Below, piece after piece: positions 49,045 to 60,900 of a DNA stretch of 64,000 nt. The DNA lies in the NCBI RefSeq assembly GCF_000143415.4, contig NW_003314273.1:630074-694073 (forward strand). Reading direction: 5' to 3'. Below the pieces are notes generated by a model, which ran no database searches, had not been told where the DNA came from, and was given only the letters and a program-made list of their open reading frames with translations. Within the stretch, counting starts at the first letter, position 1, and every line of letters begins with the position of its first letter. The position numbers and the translations under genes are program-made. This stretch comes from Selaginella moellendorffii. Lineage: Eukaryota > Plantae > Lycopodiophyta.

Positions 49045-50648
49045 ATGGAAGAGCTTAAGGTGGCCAAGCCAACCTTAACCTCAGGCGCTTTAATGGTCTT
49101 TTTGCAAGCCCAAATAAAAGCACCTTTTTCATTGGTAGATGGAATTTTTTACTATAATAGTTGTGTATATTTGCCACAAATGGATGTGTTATTATTTAAG
49201 TTTTATTCCATTATCATAATTGTCTAAAGGCTAGTCATTTTGGGGGAAAGAAGACATATGAGTTGATTAAGTGCAATTTTTATTGGAGGAATATGAAAAT
49301 TAATATCCTTGAGTATTCTAAATCATGCAAGCTCTATTAGCAAATAAAGGTGTTATGGGAGAAGCTAGGAGGACTTTTGCAACTTTTATCTATTCCTTAG
49401 AGATGTTAGTGTAAATATGGGTTATAGTGGATTGTTTGACGAAGTATGTGTGGTTGTTGGCTCTTCAAAAGATAGTCATTATCATTAATGATTGAGATTT
49501 AAAGTTCACTAATGGATTTTGGAAGAGCTTTACAAAGGCTATGCTAGTGATTTTGAAACTCTTAAGTGGAGATCATCTTTAGACAGATGGGCAAACCAAG
49601 CATATGAATCATATAGTGGAGGATATACTATGTTGTAGCATTAATCAAAGGTAAAGATAATGGAATTTATATTTTCCATTAGTGTAATTTACCTACAATA
49701 ATAGCCAATAAAGTGGAACTAAGCTGAGTCCTTACTTTGCCATTTTGGAAGGCATCCCCGACAGTGGTGGAGTTGGGATTGCATTTGAGTAAGGATGTTC
49801 AAAATAAGCTTGATTCCGAGGCAACTAATCTGGCTATAGAACTTGATAAGATTTTGGTGGTGTGCAAACGAATTTGCAAGCAATTAAAAATAGAGTGGAG
49901 AAGTTTGCTAATGAGCACCATCAATTTTGGGAATATAAGATGGGTAAGCTTGTCTTTATATGAGTGATCTTTCTCTTAAGTGATAGAACACTTTCGTGTT
50001 TTTATAGAATGGGAAGAGTGATAAATTTTCTCATTAATATGCTAGTTCATATGAAGTACTAGAGCACATTAGTAAGGCAACTTATCAGGTGTGGCTGCCA
50101 GTTGGGGTGAAAATTTATCTAATATTTTATGTCAACTAGTTGAAAGGTATACTATCTCGAAGTGAAAGGCCCAATACCTCCTTGATGTATATGGTTATGA
50201 AAGATGGACTAGAAGATTGAGCAAGGTTCCTTAAAAAAAGTGATCACCGGTACAACTCATCCTTAGAACAAAGACTTTGTTGGGGGGTAAGAATTGTTAT
50301 GTGCCAACTTTGACCATATGGTCAACATTGGTCAAAAGGAACTCAAAAACATATTAAGGTAAGGAATTTAAGAGCTCACAATGGAGCAATGGCATAGAGG
50401 AGCTTTTGAGGTAGTTCAAGGGTGGTTGAATGGTGAAGAACCTTAAAAGGTGGTGTAGAGTAGTTTAAGGAGATTAAATTTTTATCTTTTTGTGCTGGAT
50501 CATAACATATACTTTCACCCCACATCTGGCCTTAGATATATTTTGCTTCGGATATATTAAGCCTTGAATATATCAACACTTTGGACATTTAGTTTTTTAA
50601 TGAGACAAGATGGTTTTAGTATTATTCCACTTTGAGTGTCCATCACTT
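49045..50648 (+). mobile_element. Highly decayed Ty3/gypsy integrase region plus PPT and partial 3' LTR
   Basis: Remnants SHFGGKKTYELIKCNFYW, DGQT.HMNHIVEDIL and FTYNNS with many stops. PPT-like tggggggtaagaat followed by TGTTA at ~50295; interrupted at 50649 by another LTR. Confidence 0.7.
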
Positions 50649-51652
50649 TGTAAGCGACTAAATTTTCCATTCTACTTTAATCACTTAACCACACCTCCGA
50701 CCATTTGGAGGAGTCTCATTCACAACCTTCATAAGTCCAACTCAAGACTTGGGGCTTGCTAGCCCCGAGAATGGCATCCATGCCACTCAACCTTAGCACT
50801 TGGTCCAAGTGCTCCACGTGTCCGATCCTATGATCGACACCCCAAGGTACCACCGACATACCAGCCCGTTACGCTAGGCCATGCCCATTCACCTTGGTCA
50901 CACCAGTGGTTTAACGCCACCTGCATCATGATCCCGTCTCTCAAAGACTGGGCCATCCATCCATGAGCGATCATCCCAGATCTATTCCTTAGCATCCTCA
51001 GGATGCCTGCAGACATGGGGAATGGCCTTCCCCGACAACTCTTTTCCAGTCCCCACCAAGTCCCTTTTAGTCTATGGCCGTGTTCGCCAACACTGCCACT
51101 GGATCAAGGCCCGCAGGCCTGACCGCTAAGTCCCACTATCCTTTGGGACTTCCTCACCATGTGACTATATCCTTGGTCACTACATTAGAGGCCCACTCCT
51201 CTTCCTTTTCACCGTTTGGGACTTTGGGACAACATTTCGGAACACCGTGGCCTTACGCAAGCCTCATGGGTACTCTCCCCGCCTTTCACCTTTAGGTGCT
51301 CTAGCCATGGGCTTAGAGCGAGGTTCCCTTAAGCCATGACAGGTATCCAAGTAGGTAGTGCCACCCACACTTGGACTAGGAGCATCGGCCAGTCGATCTC
51401 CTGGGGGAACTAGAGCCGGCTCTTGAACACTTCACCAAGCTACCCCGCTTGTCGGCTTGTGTTCACTCTAGTCTTAGACTTCCCAGTGGGCAGCTCATCA
51501 CCCAACACTGGGTCCGGCCTTCCTGGGCCAAACTGGCCTTTCCTGGCCAAACTGGCTCCACTGCAGTCCTCCCCCTCACTATACTTTTGGAGCTCACCAA
51601 ACCCCCCAGGGTCTGGGAGACGAACGCTTTGGGCTTTCACCCTCTCAGACTC

Positions 51653-52155
51653 GAACTCGGACTCGGACTCGGACTCGGACTCGGACTCGGACTCGGCCTC
51701 GGCCTTGGCCTTAGTCTTGGTCTCGGTCCCGATCTCGATCTCGGTCTCGGTCTCGGTCTCGGTCTCAGTCCCGGTTCCATCTCGGACTCCATCTCGGGTC
51801 CATCTCGGACTCCATCTCGGACTCCATCTCAGACTCCATCTCGGGTCCATCTCGGACTCCATCTCGGGTCCATCTCGGACTCCATCTCGGGTCCATCTCG
51901 GACTCCATCTCGGACTCCATCTCGGGTCCATCTCGGACTCCATCTCGGACTCCATCTCGGGTCCATCTCAGACTCCATCTTGGGTCCAACTTGGACTCCA
52001 TCTCGGGTCCATCTCGGACTCCATCTCGGACTCCATCTCCTGTCCATCTCGGGTCCACCTCGGACTCCATCTCGGACTCCATCTCGGGTCCTTCTCAGAC
52101 TCCACTTCGGACTCCACTTTGGACTCCACTTCGAACTCCAACTCGGGTCCATCTC
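51653..52155. repeat. Compound hexamer/dodecamer microsatellite in the LTR: (GGACTC)n, (GGTCTC)n, (CCATCTCGGACT)n
   Basis: Directly visible; explains the SDSD/ESES/WSPR pseudo-ORFs. Confidence 0.95.
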
Positions 52156-53841
52156 GGACACTTCCACGTGTCATGTGTTGGTCCTTTTTGGGTCCCTTTT
52201 TGGAGTCTCGCCTATGGCTCGCTTCGTGCTCATTCCTCGAGCACTTCTTTGGGAGTTCCACTCCCGCTCTTGACTTTTCAAGTTGGAGCTTTTGGTCCAA
52301 ACGTGTTACGCTCGTTTGGCTCTCGCTTCGGCCACTACCACGTGGCGCCCTTCCGGCTCCACTTTGGGGCCTAGGGATTTTGTGTCTCACAACTCCACCA
52401 CCCATAGACGAAGTTCGATGTCCTCATCGAACGGTAAACCATTTTGTAAAGTAACACTCGCATGTGTTACCATTTCCATCCTTGACACTCAGCCAATATT
52501 TGTCTATGGTTTGACATTGAAGGCTCACCATGCCTTATCCATCCTCTAAGGAGCATAGTCCCTCTAACATAGAGACTCATTCGGCCACCTGGGGTGGTTT
52601 GCTCCCTTTTATTGGTTCAGTTCTCACTAAACTTGTTAGAGACACCTTCTCTAACTTAATTCCACTACTCATTCTCGAGTAGTCTCAGATTCCATCGACA
52701 TAACCTTTGCACTTTAGAACTTTTAATTTTGACTTCTCAGAGTCAATTTCCCAGGTGTCTCCGACACCTTCCATTGCACATGGTGCAACTCCACTTCCCC
52801 ATCCTGGGAAGTTCTTTACTTGAGGGCACCATCATCCTCTCTTCGATATCACGCCACCTTTGGCACTAAGTTCCAGTTATTATAATTTGTGCTAGGGCTG
52901 CCTACGGCCCTATTATTTGGCTACCTTAATCCCCCTTGGAGCTTCTACTTTCACCAAATCGGAGCGGTTGGGAATCCATCCTTGGGAAAATATTGCCTTT
53001 CCCACAATCCGTTAGCACCCAACACATTAGTGTTTTCGGCTTAACTTTGCCATTTGGATTGTTTCCCCTGATTCCTTTGGCTCTTTCCTTAGCCACTAGT
53101 CTTTTGCTCCTATCCTTGATTGTTGCACCCAGCAACACAGGATCGCTACCTCCATTTTTGAGGTATCCTTTTAGTTCCATAGCGAAGACTCTTCTTTGCC
53201 AAGTCCGGAGGATGTTCACCCCTAGTACGTCTCTTTAACATCTTCTGCTATGGGCTCTATCCACGGCCCAAGTTCGTGACTTTCCCATGGGTCTTTTATA
53301 GAGACTACTTTCCTCGGACTCACTATGCCATCGCACGGACATAGTTTATTTCCCTTAGGTGCTCTTCCCACTTGGTCATCATGACCAAGCCACACCACCT
53401 TAAACAGTTCAATTTCAACATTTTGAACCAAGAACTTCATTCCTCAGCCAACCAAGGACCTTGTCCTTATTTGGCCATATGATCACCTAGTGATCTCACC
53501 TTGGCACCTTAACAGAGTTGCCAAGAGGTACTTGGTCTTCTAGACCTTCAAATTGTTGACTATAACCCCGGGGGCATCCCCCACACTTGGCGGTGCACCC
53601 AAGCCAGCCCTTATGGCCAAGGGTTCATAGCAACTGAGATTAGGTGTCCCCATCTCACTCACCACGTCCTTGGTGCCACTTGCACCAAAGCGTTCAAGTT
53701 AGATATGCCGAGCTTTCACACTAAGCAATCTAACCGTGCATCACGACTCCGAGGCATCCCTCGCTTGGTGGTGTGCCCAAACCAGTCTCCCCACTGAGAG
53801 TCCATGACCACCGAAATATGAGTGTCCTCATATTCCAAACC

Positions 53842-53970
53842 ATCACCACGCCCTAGTGATTTGGGACTCGAACCCAAGCACTAGAGGGTCGGGACTCGAA
53901 CCCAACCTCCGTATATGCATCTACGGACGGCATCACACAAGATGCCTGGCGTGACTCCCCACGCCAGTGC
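53842..53970 (-). other. Cluster of six consecutive hairpins, two with tRNA TpsiC/B-box loops (GGTTCGAGTCC)
   Basis: Stems read directly from the sequence (see findings). Confidence 0.6.
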
Positions 53971-56900
53971 ACCAACCTATATTTAAAGCGCACTACAGAT
54001 CACAGCTTAGGAACCTAGTTCCTCCGCACTGCCAAGTCCTCTCACTTGACATGCCTGTGATCATGCATGGACTCCTCCATGCTCAGCCCCATGGCCCACC
54101 CTTTTTGAAGTTATCACCTTCAACTAGGGTATTTGTTCCCCCGATGTGCCAATCTCGCTTGGCAAGTCCTCCGACCACTGTAACATGGTTCCTGCATAAA
54201 CATGAAAGTCCTTGACCATCGACTTTTGTTCAAAGCCCTCTCTTTGAACACTCGGGAACTACTTCCCTAACCTTGATAGCCTTGCCTCATGGCAAGCTTC
54301 AAGACCACGCTTCTGCTGCGCCACTCTGATTTCGTGCGTTCCATGAACCATTTACACTTAGCCTTTCTAGGTACTAAGCTACCTAGAATCGTCTTTGGGA
54401 ACCTTGAAGGAACTCTGTCCCTCAGCTTGCTAAGGCCTCCCTTTTCGCAAGCTTTATAGTTGCCATATAGTCTAACATGGACAATTCTATATTTTAGACT
54501 CTCCATGGCATCATGGTTGCTAGTAACAACATCCTCGAGCACCCTCTTGATTCCCCACTCTCAACTTGCATAACCACTGTTGGATATGCCCTTTGATTTC
54601 TATGGTCCAGTTCCATCCCAATACTATTTGCCTTTTGGCCCCATATGTTTCCTTTGGTTATTCTCCTCCAGACTAGGAGGATAGCTTTGCACATTTTACT
54701 ATGCCTTAACAAGTATTCTTAGGGATGAACCTACCCGATAGCATAGGGAGTGGTTCCTCAATTTTGGGCATGCTCACCTTATAATCCCACATATCGGGAT
54801 TAATGTTGCTGCTTATGGGCCTTTACATGCCCATCACTAGCCTTGCCAAAATTCCATTTTTGGCTTTGTCCGATTCGGGTAGACAGTCTTCTCCTGTCTC
54901 CACAACCTTGGACATTTGGATAGCACCTACTATCCATCATTCGCTAGGGACTTAGTCCCTTGGGCCTTATCTATTGCCTTTGCGACACGAAACACCACCT
55001 CTTGGTGTTCTAGAGTGTTTGGGTGTCCCAATGATGGCCTCCTGACAATGAGCATTCCCGTTTACGACATTGACTTACTATATTGCAACATAAGCAATTT
55101 ATCCCCCGTAAGGGTATATCTAATTTCCTTATGCCATTAAGAAGTCTTGGGTAGCTACCTTCTACCCATTTAACCAATTATCTTGCACCTTTTGCTTAGT
55201 TGCCCCATAATTGTCAAGTCCTACAACTCATTGCTTGGTGCTTCCACACCTCCATCATTATTTGGGTCACCACACCCTAACCGCATGCCTTCCAGCTTAG
55301 GCTATGCCATTCCCGTTTCCATTGGGATTCCTTTGGACGGGGTTCTCATGAACCCGCCAACTTGACCTCAAGGCAGCACGCCTTAGCACCTTCGGTGTCT
55401 CCACACCATCGGCTCCACGAGCCTATCCTTACAACACTACTTATTAGTGTTTAGGTCTTTGCCAAGACCAATATAGTTGTTCCTCATGCTAACTATCTGT
55501 TAGCACCGCACCATAGTGTTTGCACCCAACTTTGGGCAAAAGTTGCTTTCTTCTGGGAACATCTTTCCCATGACTTTAATATGGCACATTCTGTCATCAA
55601 TGAAATACTCACTGTTCTCATATTTGGATCTTATGATCCTCCCCATACCTCATGGGGCACTATACACCTCCGTCCAAATGCTTCAACCAATCTTTTAGGA
55701 CCATTCCCTGACTCCACTTGAGTCATTCAGCATTTTAGACTTTGCTAATCCAATGACCTGCGAGGTCTTAGTCTTCGAGGTGTCAACTCGCTGGAATACA
55801 ACTTCTTGTATTCAAGTCCTACTCACAAGGACCATCTTTGCAAGTGTTACTCCGACACTTGATTTGTTCTCTTGGGGCAACCTTTTGCCCATTAGGGCCA
55901 CTTGTTCATGTGATGAGAATACCAACTCATCCTCTGAGTGCACCCCCAACTCTTTGGGTTGTTCCAGCATTTATTAAAGGTAGCCCCGGCTACCACTTCA
56001 AGGACTCGTGTCCTCACCCATGCTTGACCTCTCATGGTCATCCATTCCGGTCTCACCTTCATGAGCACCAATCTCAACTATGTGAGGATAATCTTGTGAC
56101 TCCTTTATTGTTTTGGAGTCTCTATCTTTCCCGTGATCCCAACTATAGTTGTTTACCACAACTACCTTAGCCAATTTGCTGAGACAAATGCTCATCCGGA
56201 TCACATCCTCAACTCAATGAGGAGAATCTTGCACTGTTCCCAAGATCCCAAAGTCATTCCATTATTGGCCCTTTTCTATCCACCACCTCGTCTACAAGTT
56301 CACACATGAACTGTAATGGAGAGCCATGTCTTCCCGACTTGCTACTCCTCAAGGATAGGCCCACTCCTCGGACCTTCTGATGCCAACACTAGTGGTGATA
56401 TACTTGAGCACCAATAAAAGTCGGACTAAGGAACAGCTCCGATACCAAATTGTAAGCGACTAAATTTTCCATTCTACTTTAATCACTTAACCACACCTCC
56501 GACCACTTAGAGGAGTCTCATTCACAACCTCCATAAGTCCAACTCAAGACTTGGGGCTTGCTAGCCCCGAGAATGGCATCCATGCCACTCAACCTTAGCA
56601 CTTGGTCCAAGTGCTCCACGTGTCCGATCCTATGATCGACACCCCAAGGTACCACCGACATACCAGCCCGTTACACTAGGCCATGCCCATTCACCTTGGT
56701 CACACCAGTGGTCTAACGCCACCTACATCATGATCCCGTCTCTCAAAGACTGGGCCATCCATCCATGAGCGATCATCCCAGATCTATTCCTTAGCATCCT
56801 TAGGATGCTTGCAGACATGGGGAATGGCCTTCCCCGACAACTCTTTTCCAGTCCCCACCAAGTCCCTTTTAGTCTATGGCCGTGTTCGCCAACACTGGCA

Positions 56901-57923
56901 CTGGATCAAGGCCCACAGGCCTGACCGCTAAGTCCCACTATCCTTTGGGACTTCCTCACCATGTGACTATATCCTTGGTCACTGCATTAGAGGCCTACTC
57001 CTCTTCCCTTTCACTGTTTGGGACTTTGGGACAACATTTCGAAACACCGTGGCCTTACGCAAGCCTCATGGGTACTCTCCCCGCCTTTCACCTTTAGGTG
57101 CTCTAGCCATGGGCTTAGAGCGAGGTTCCCTTGAGCCACAACAGGTATCCAAGTAGGTAGTGCCACCCACATTTGGACTGGGAGCATCGGCCAGTCGATC
57201 TCCTGGGGGAACTAGAGCCGGCTCTTGAACACTTCACCAAGCTACCCCGCTTGTCGGCTTGTGTTCACTCTAGTCTTGGACTTCCCAGTGGGCAGCTCAT
57301 CACCCAACACTGGGTCCGGCCTTCTTGGGCCAAACTGGCATTTCCTAGCCAAACTGGCTCCACTGCAGTCCTCCCCCTCACTATACTTTTGGAGCTCACC
57401 AAACCCCCCAGGGTCTGGGAGACGAACGCTTTGGGCTTTCACCCTCTCAGACTCGAACTCGGACTCGGACTCGGCCTCAGCCTTGGCCTTGGTCTCGGTC
57501 TCGGTCCCGATCTCGGTCTCGGTCTTGTCAAGACCCCCAACAAGATCAAGACCGGAAAATGCTAAAGACAAAGAGAAAAAGCTGGTGAAAACAAAGAAGA
57601 AGCCTTAGACTAGTGTTGATTCAGATTGTGGAGAAATGGAACAAAGCTAACCTATATATACTATAGGTTGATGAAGCTCCACCACTCTTGGATCGAGGAC
57701 GGCCTAAATATAGCTGAGGTCGAGGAGGCGCCACATCATCATCAAGAATGTGGCTCGAGACTCAGGAATCGGGAAGTGTCTCGAGAGTCAGGAATAGGGA
57801 AGTGTCTCGAGAGTCAGGAATAGGGAAGTGTCTCGAGAGTCAGGAATGTGGTCTGCAGGTCAAGAATCCGGCGAGAGTCAGGAATGTGGCAAGAATTGGG
57901 GGATTCCTGACAGCACCCCCTCC

Positions 57924-60900
57924 TCAAGAACGAGTGGAACGAGGATGTGAACGAGAACGAAGAGGAGGATGAGATGAGTGGCGAGGGATGGGAGATGGAG
58001 AAAAAGAATGAGGACTGGGATGAGAAGGATAGCGGCGGTGGAAGTCCTGAACAAGGTCAGGAGAATGAATCAGGTTGTCCGCAGGTTCCCAAGTGCGTTC
58101 CTCAGGTCCGTAACCCTTCCAGTCCACCAGATAGTAGAGTTTAGATCGTGAAATCTTGGAATCAAGGATGTCCTGAACCTCGTACTCAGACCCATCCTCG
58201 AGCTGCACTGGTGGAGGCGGAGGAATGACCCGATTTGGAATAGGACTGGGAATATAAGGCTCAAGGAGAGAGGAGTGAAAAACGGGGTGAATTTGATATG
58301 AGGAGGGAAGTGCAAGGCGATAAGTGACAGGATTAATGATGGCAGTGATAGGGAAAGGACCAAGGCGTTTGAAATCGAGTTTTGGACAGGGCCTGGTGGT
58401 GGAGATATTTCGCCTGAGGAGCCAGACTTTATCCCCGATATTGTAAGGGGGACAATCCTGACGATGGACATTGGCAAATGTTTTATGAGATTCCTGAGCA
58501 CGATGGAGGTGGAAGGAGATGGAGTTGTGGATTTCCTGGAGGTTGGAGATAAATGCCTCAGAGCGGGGATTTGAATGAGAGGATTCAGATGGAGAAGGAA
58601 GTGAGAGATTGAATCGGGGATTTCGGCCAGAGTTTGCAAAGAAGGGGGAAACTCGAAGAGAGGAGTGAACAGAGTTGTTATAGGAGAACTCAGCAAGGGG
58701 AAGGATATCGAACCAGTTATCCTGATGATAGTTGATGAAGCACCTCAAGAATTGTTCCAACGTCTGAATCGTTCGCTCGGACTGCCCATCAGTTTGAGGA
58801 TGATATGCCGAAGAGAGGTTGGCCTTCACTCCAAGCAGCTGCAAAAACCGTTGCCAGAAATGAGAGATGAACTGAGGCCCCCGATCCGAAACCACATCTG
58901 TAGGAATCCCATGAAGTCGGAAAATTTCCCTGAATACCAGTTTTGCCATGTCCTCGCCCGAAAACTCCTTGGTACATGGCAAGAAGTGTGCCATCTTTGT
59001 GAAGAGATCCACCACGACTAAAATGCTGTTGAAGCCTCCAGAACTCGGAAGATCACTCAAGAAATCCATGGAGATGGATTCCCAAGGACCTGAAGGGACC
59101 GGAAGGGAACGAAGCAAACCTGAAGGAAGGTGGCGAGGTACCTTATTCCGGGCACAAGTGTCACAGGAGGTAACAAAAGCTTTGATGTAGTCGTCCATGT
59201 GAGGCCACCAAAAGTCCCGTGCAACTAGCTCATAGGTTTTCGCAATGCCGAAGTGACCAGCAGTCGGGCTATCGTGGCATGCCATCAGGACCAACCTTCG
59301 AGCATCACCTTCAGGAACGTAAAGCTGCTCCCCACGGTACAATAAGCCATCTAAGAACTCGAACTCGTCAAATTGCCGGCAGTCGGGAGTCACTGGGTGT
59401 CCAGCCTGAAGATGGGGGAAAATGTCGCTAGCAAGATCATCGGTCGTTTCTGATTGCATCCATCAAGGAGGAGTCCTGAGGGGCCAGGGAAATTGCCATA
59501 ACTTGAAGCCGATCAGGACCGAGGATAACTTGATCCTGTTGATCGAAGGCAGGATTACCAGGCCTGAGACTGAGATAGGAACGCCTTGAAAGAGCATCAG
59601 GAAGGCCTTGAAACTTTCCAGGTCTGTACTTGATAACAAAGTCAAACCGACTCAGGAATTGTGCCCACCTTGCTTGACGACGGCTTAAAACTCGGGAAGT
59701 GGCAAAGTACTCGAGATTTTTGTGATCCGTCCAGACAGTTGTTTGATGGCTCGCCCCCTCCAAGAAACGGCGCCACTCTCCAAAGGAATCCACGATGGCA
59801 AGGAGCTCCTTGTCGTGGATTTTGTAATTGATCTCCGCAGGCTGGAATTTTCGAGAATGGAAAGCGACCGGATGAAGTTCGTGATCCGCTCCGAGTTGAG
59901 ACAGCACAGCACCAATGGCAAAGTCGGAGGCATCAGCCTCGATGAAGAAAGGTTGTGAGGAATCAGCATGGATCAAGACAGGAGCAGAACTGAAGGCCGC
60001 CTTGAGTGTGTCGAAGGCCTGCTAGGCAACAGCAGACCAAGAGAAAGGAACATCCTTGCGAGTGAGATGTGTGAGAGGAAGGACAATGTCAGAGTAGTGA
60101 TCAATGAATTTGCGGTAGAATTTGGCGAAGCCAAGGAAAACCTGAACGTCCGACATTGATTGTGGAGGCTCCCATTCGAGAATAGTCTTGACTTTGGCAG
60201 GATCCATCGTGATACCCTCAGGAGTGACAATGTACCCAAGGAACTCCACAGACTGCTGATCAAAGGAACATTTCTCAAGCTTTGCGTATAGGCCGTGTTC
60301 TCGCAACTTCACTAGCACCTTGCGTACATGTCCGTCATGCTCCTCCTGAGTTTTTGAGTAGATGAGGATGTCATCGAGGTAGACGATCACCATCTGATCA
60401 AGAAACTCCCGAAAGACGTCGTTCGCCATGTGTTGGAAAACTGCTGGAGCATTTGTCAAGCCAAATGGCATGACAGTGTACTCGAAGTGGCCATAGCGGG
60501 TTCGGAACGCAGTCTTCCATTCATCACCAGGCCGGATCCGGATCAGGTTGTATGCTCCACGGAGGTCGATCTTGGTGAAGAAGCGGGCACCGCCGAGGCG
60601 TTCCAACAGGTCCGAGATCAGGGGCAGCGGATAACGGTTCCGAACAGTCACCTTGTTCAAACCTCGGTAGTCGATGACTAGCCGCAAGCTCCCATCCTTC
60701 TTCTTGACAAAGAAGACAGGCGCTCCAGCCGGGGACTGCGAATGCTGAATGTAGCCCGAGGCAAGGTTCTCATCCACGTACTCTTTGAGGGCCTTAAGCT
60801 CATACGGGGATAACCCGTAGATAGGCCCCCACGGAGGTGACGCTCCTTCCTGTAAATCAATGGGACAATCATAAGGCCGATGAACAGGCAGTACACTAGC

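Larger units (their letters stand above)
50649..57525 (-). mobile_element. Large non-autonomous LTR retroelement (LARD-like, 'family B'): 3' LTR 50649-52391, ~4-kb interior, 5' LTR from 56451 interrupted at 57525
   Basis: Highly similar LTRs starting TGTAAGCGACT; LTR end ...TCTCACA next to PPT (GGGTGGTGGAGT on minus); PBS TGGTATCGGAGC at ~56436-56447. No recognisable RT/INT ORF in the interior. Confidence 0.8.

Noticed and set aside
51423-52454. Long overlapping ORFs with SDSD/ESES/WSPR/LGLH repeats
   Set aside because: They are products of a stop-free hexamer/12-mer microsatellite inside an LTR.
53861-53907. Bona fide tRNA gene
   Set aside because: T-loop motifs are present but there is no canonical D-arm, anticodon arm or acceptor stem; kept only as a structured element.
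57748-57890. Regularly spaced 26-bp repeats
   Set aside because: Ordinary tandem repeats within the chromovirus LTR.
60022-60024. Programmed stop-codon readthrough in pol (also at ~61983 in gag)
   Set aside because: Both are simply explained as C-to-T deamination (CAG to TAG, CGA to TGA) in a decaying copy.
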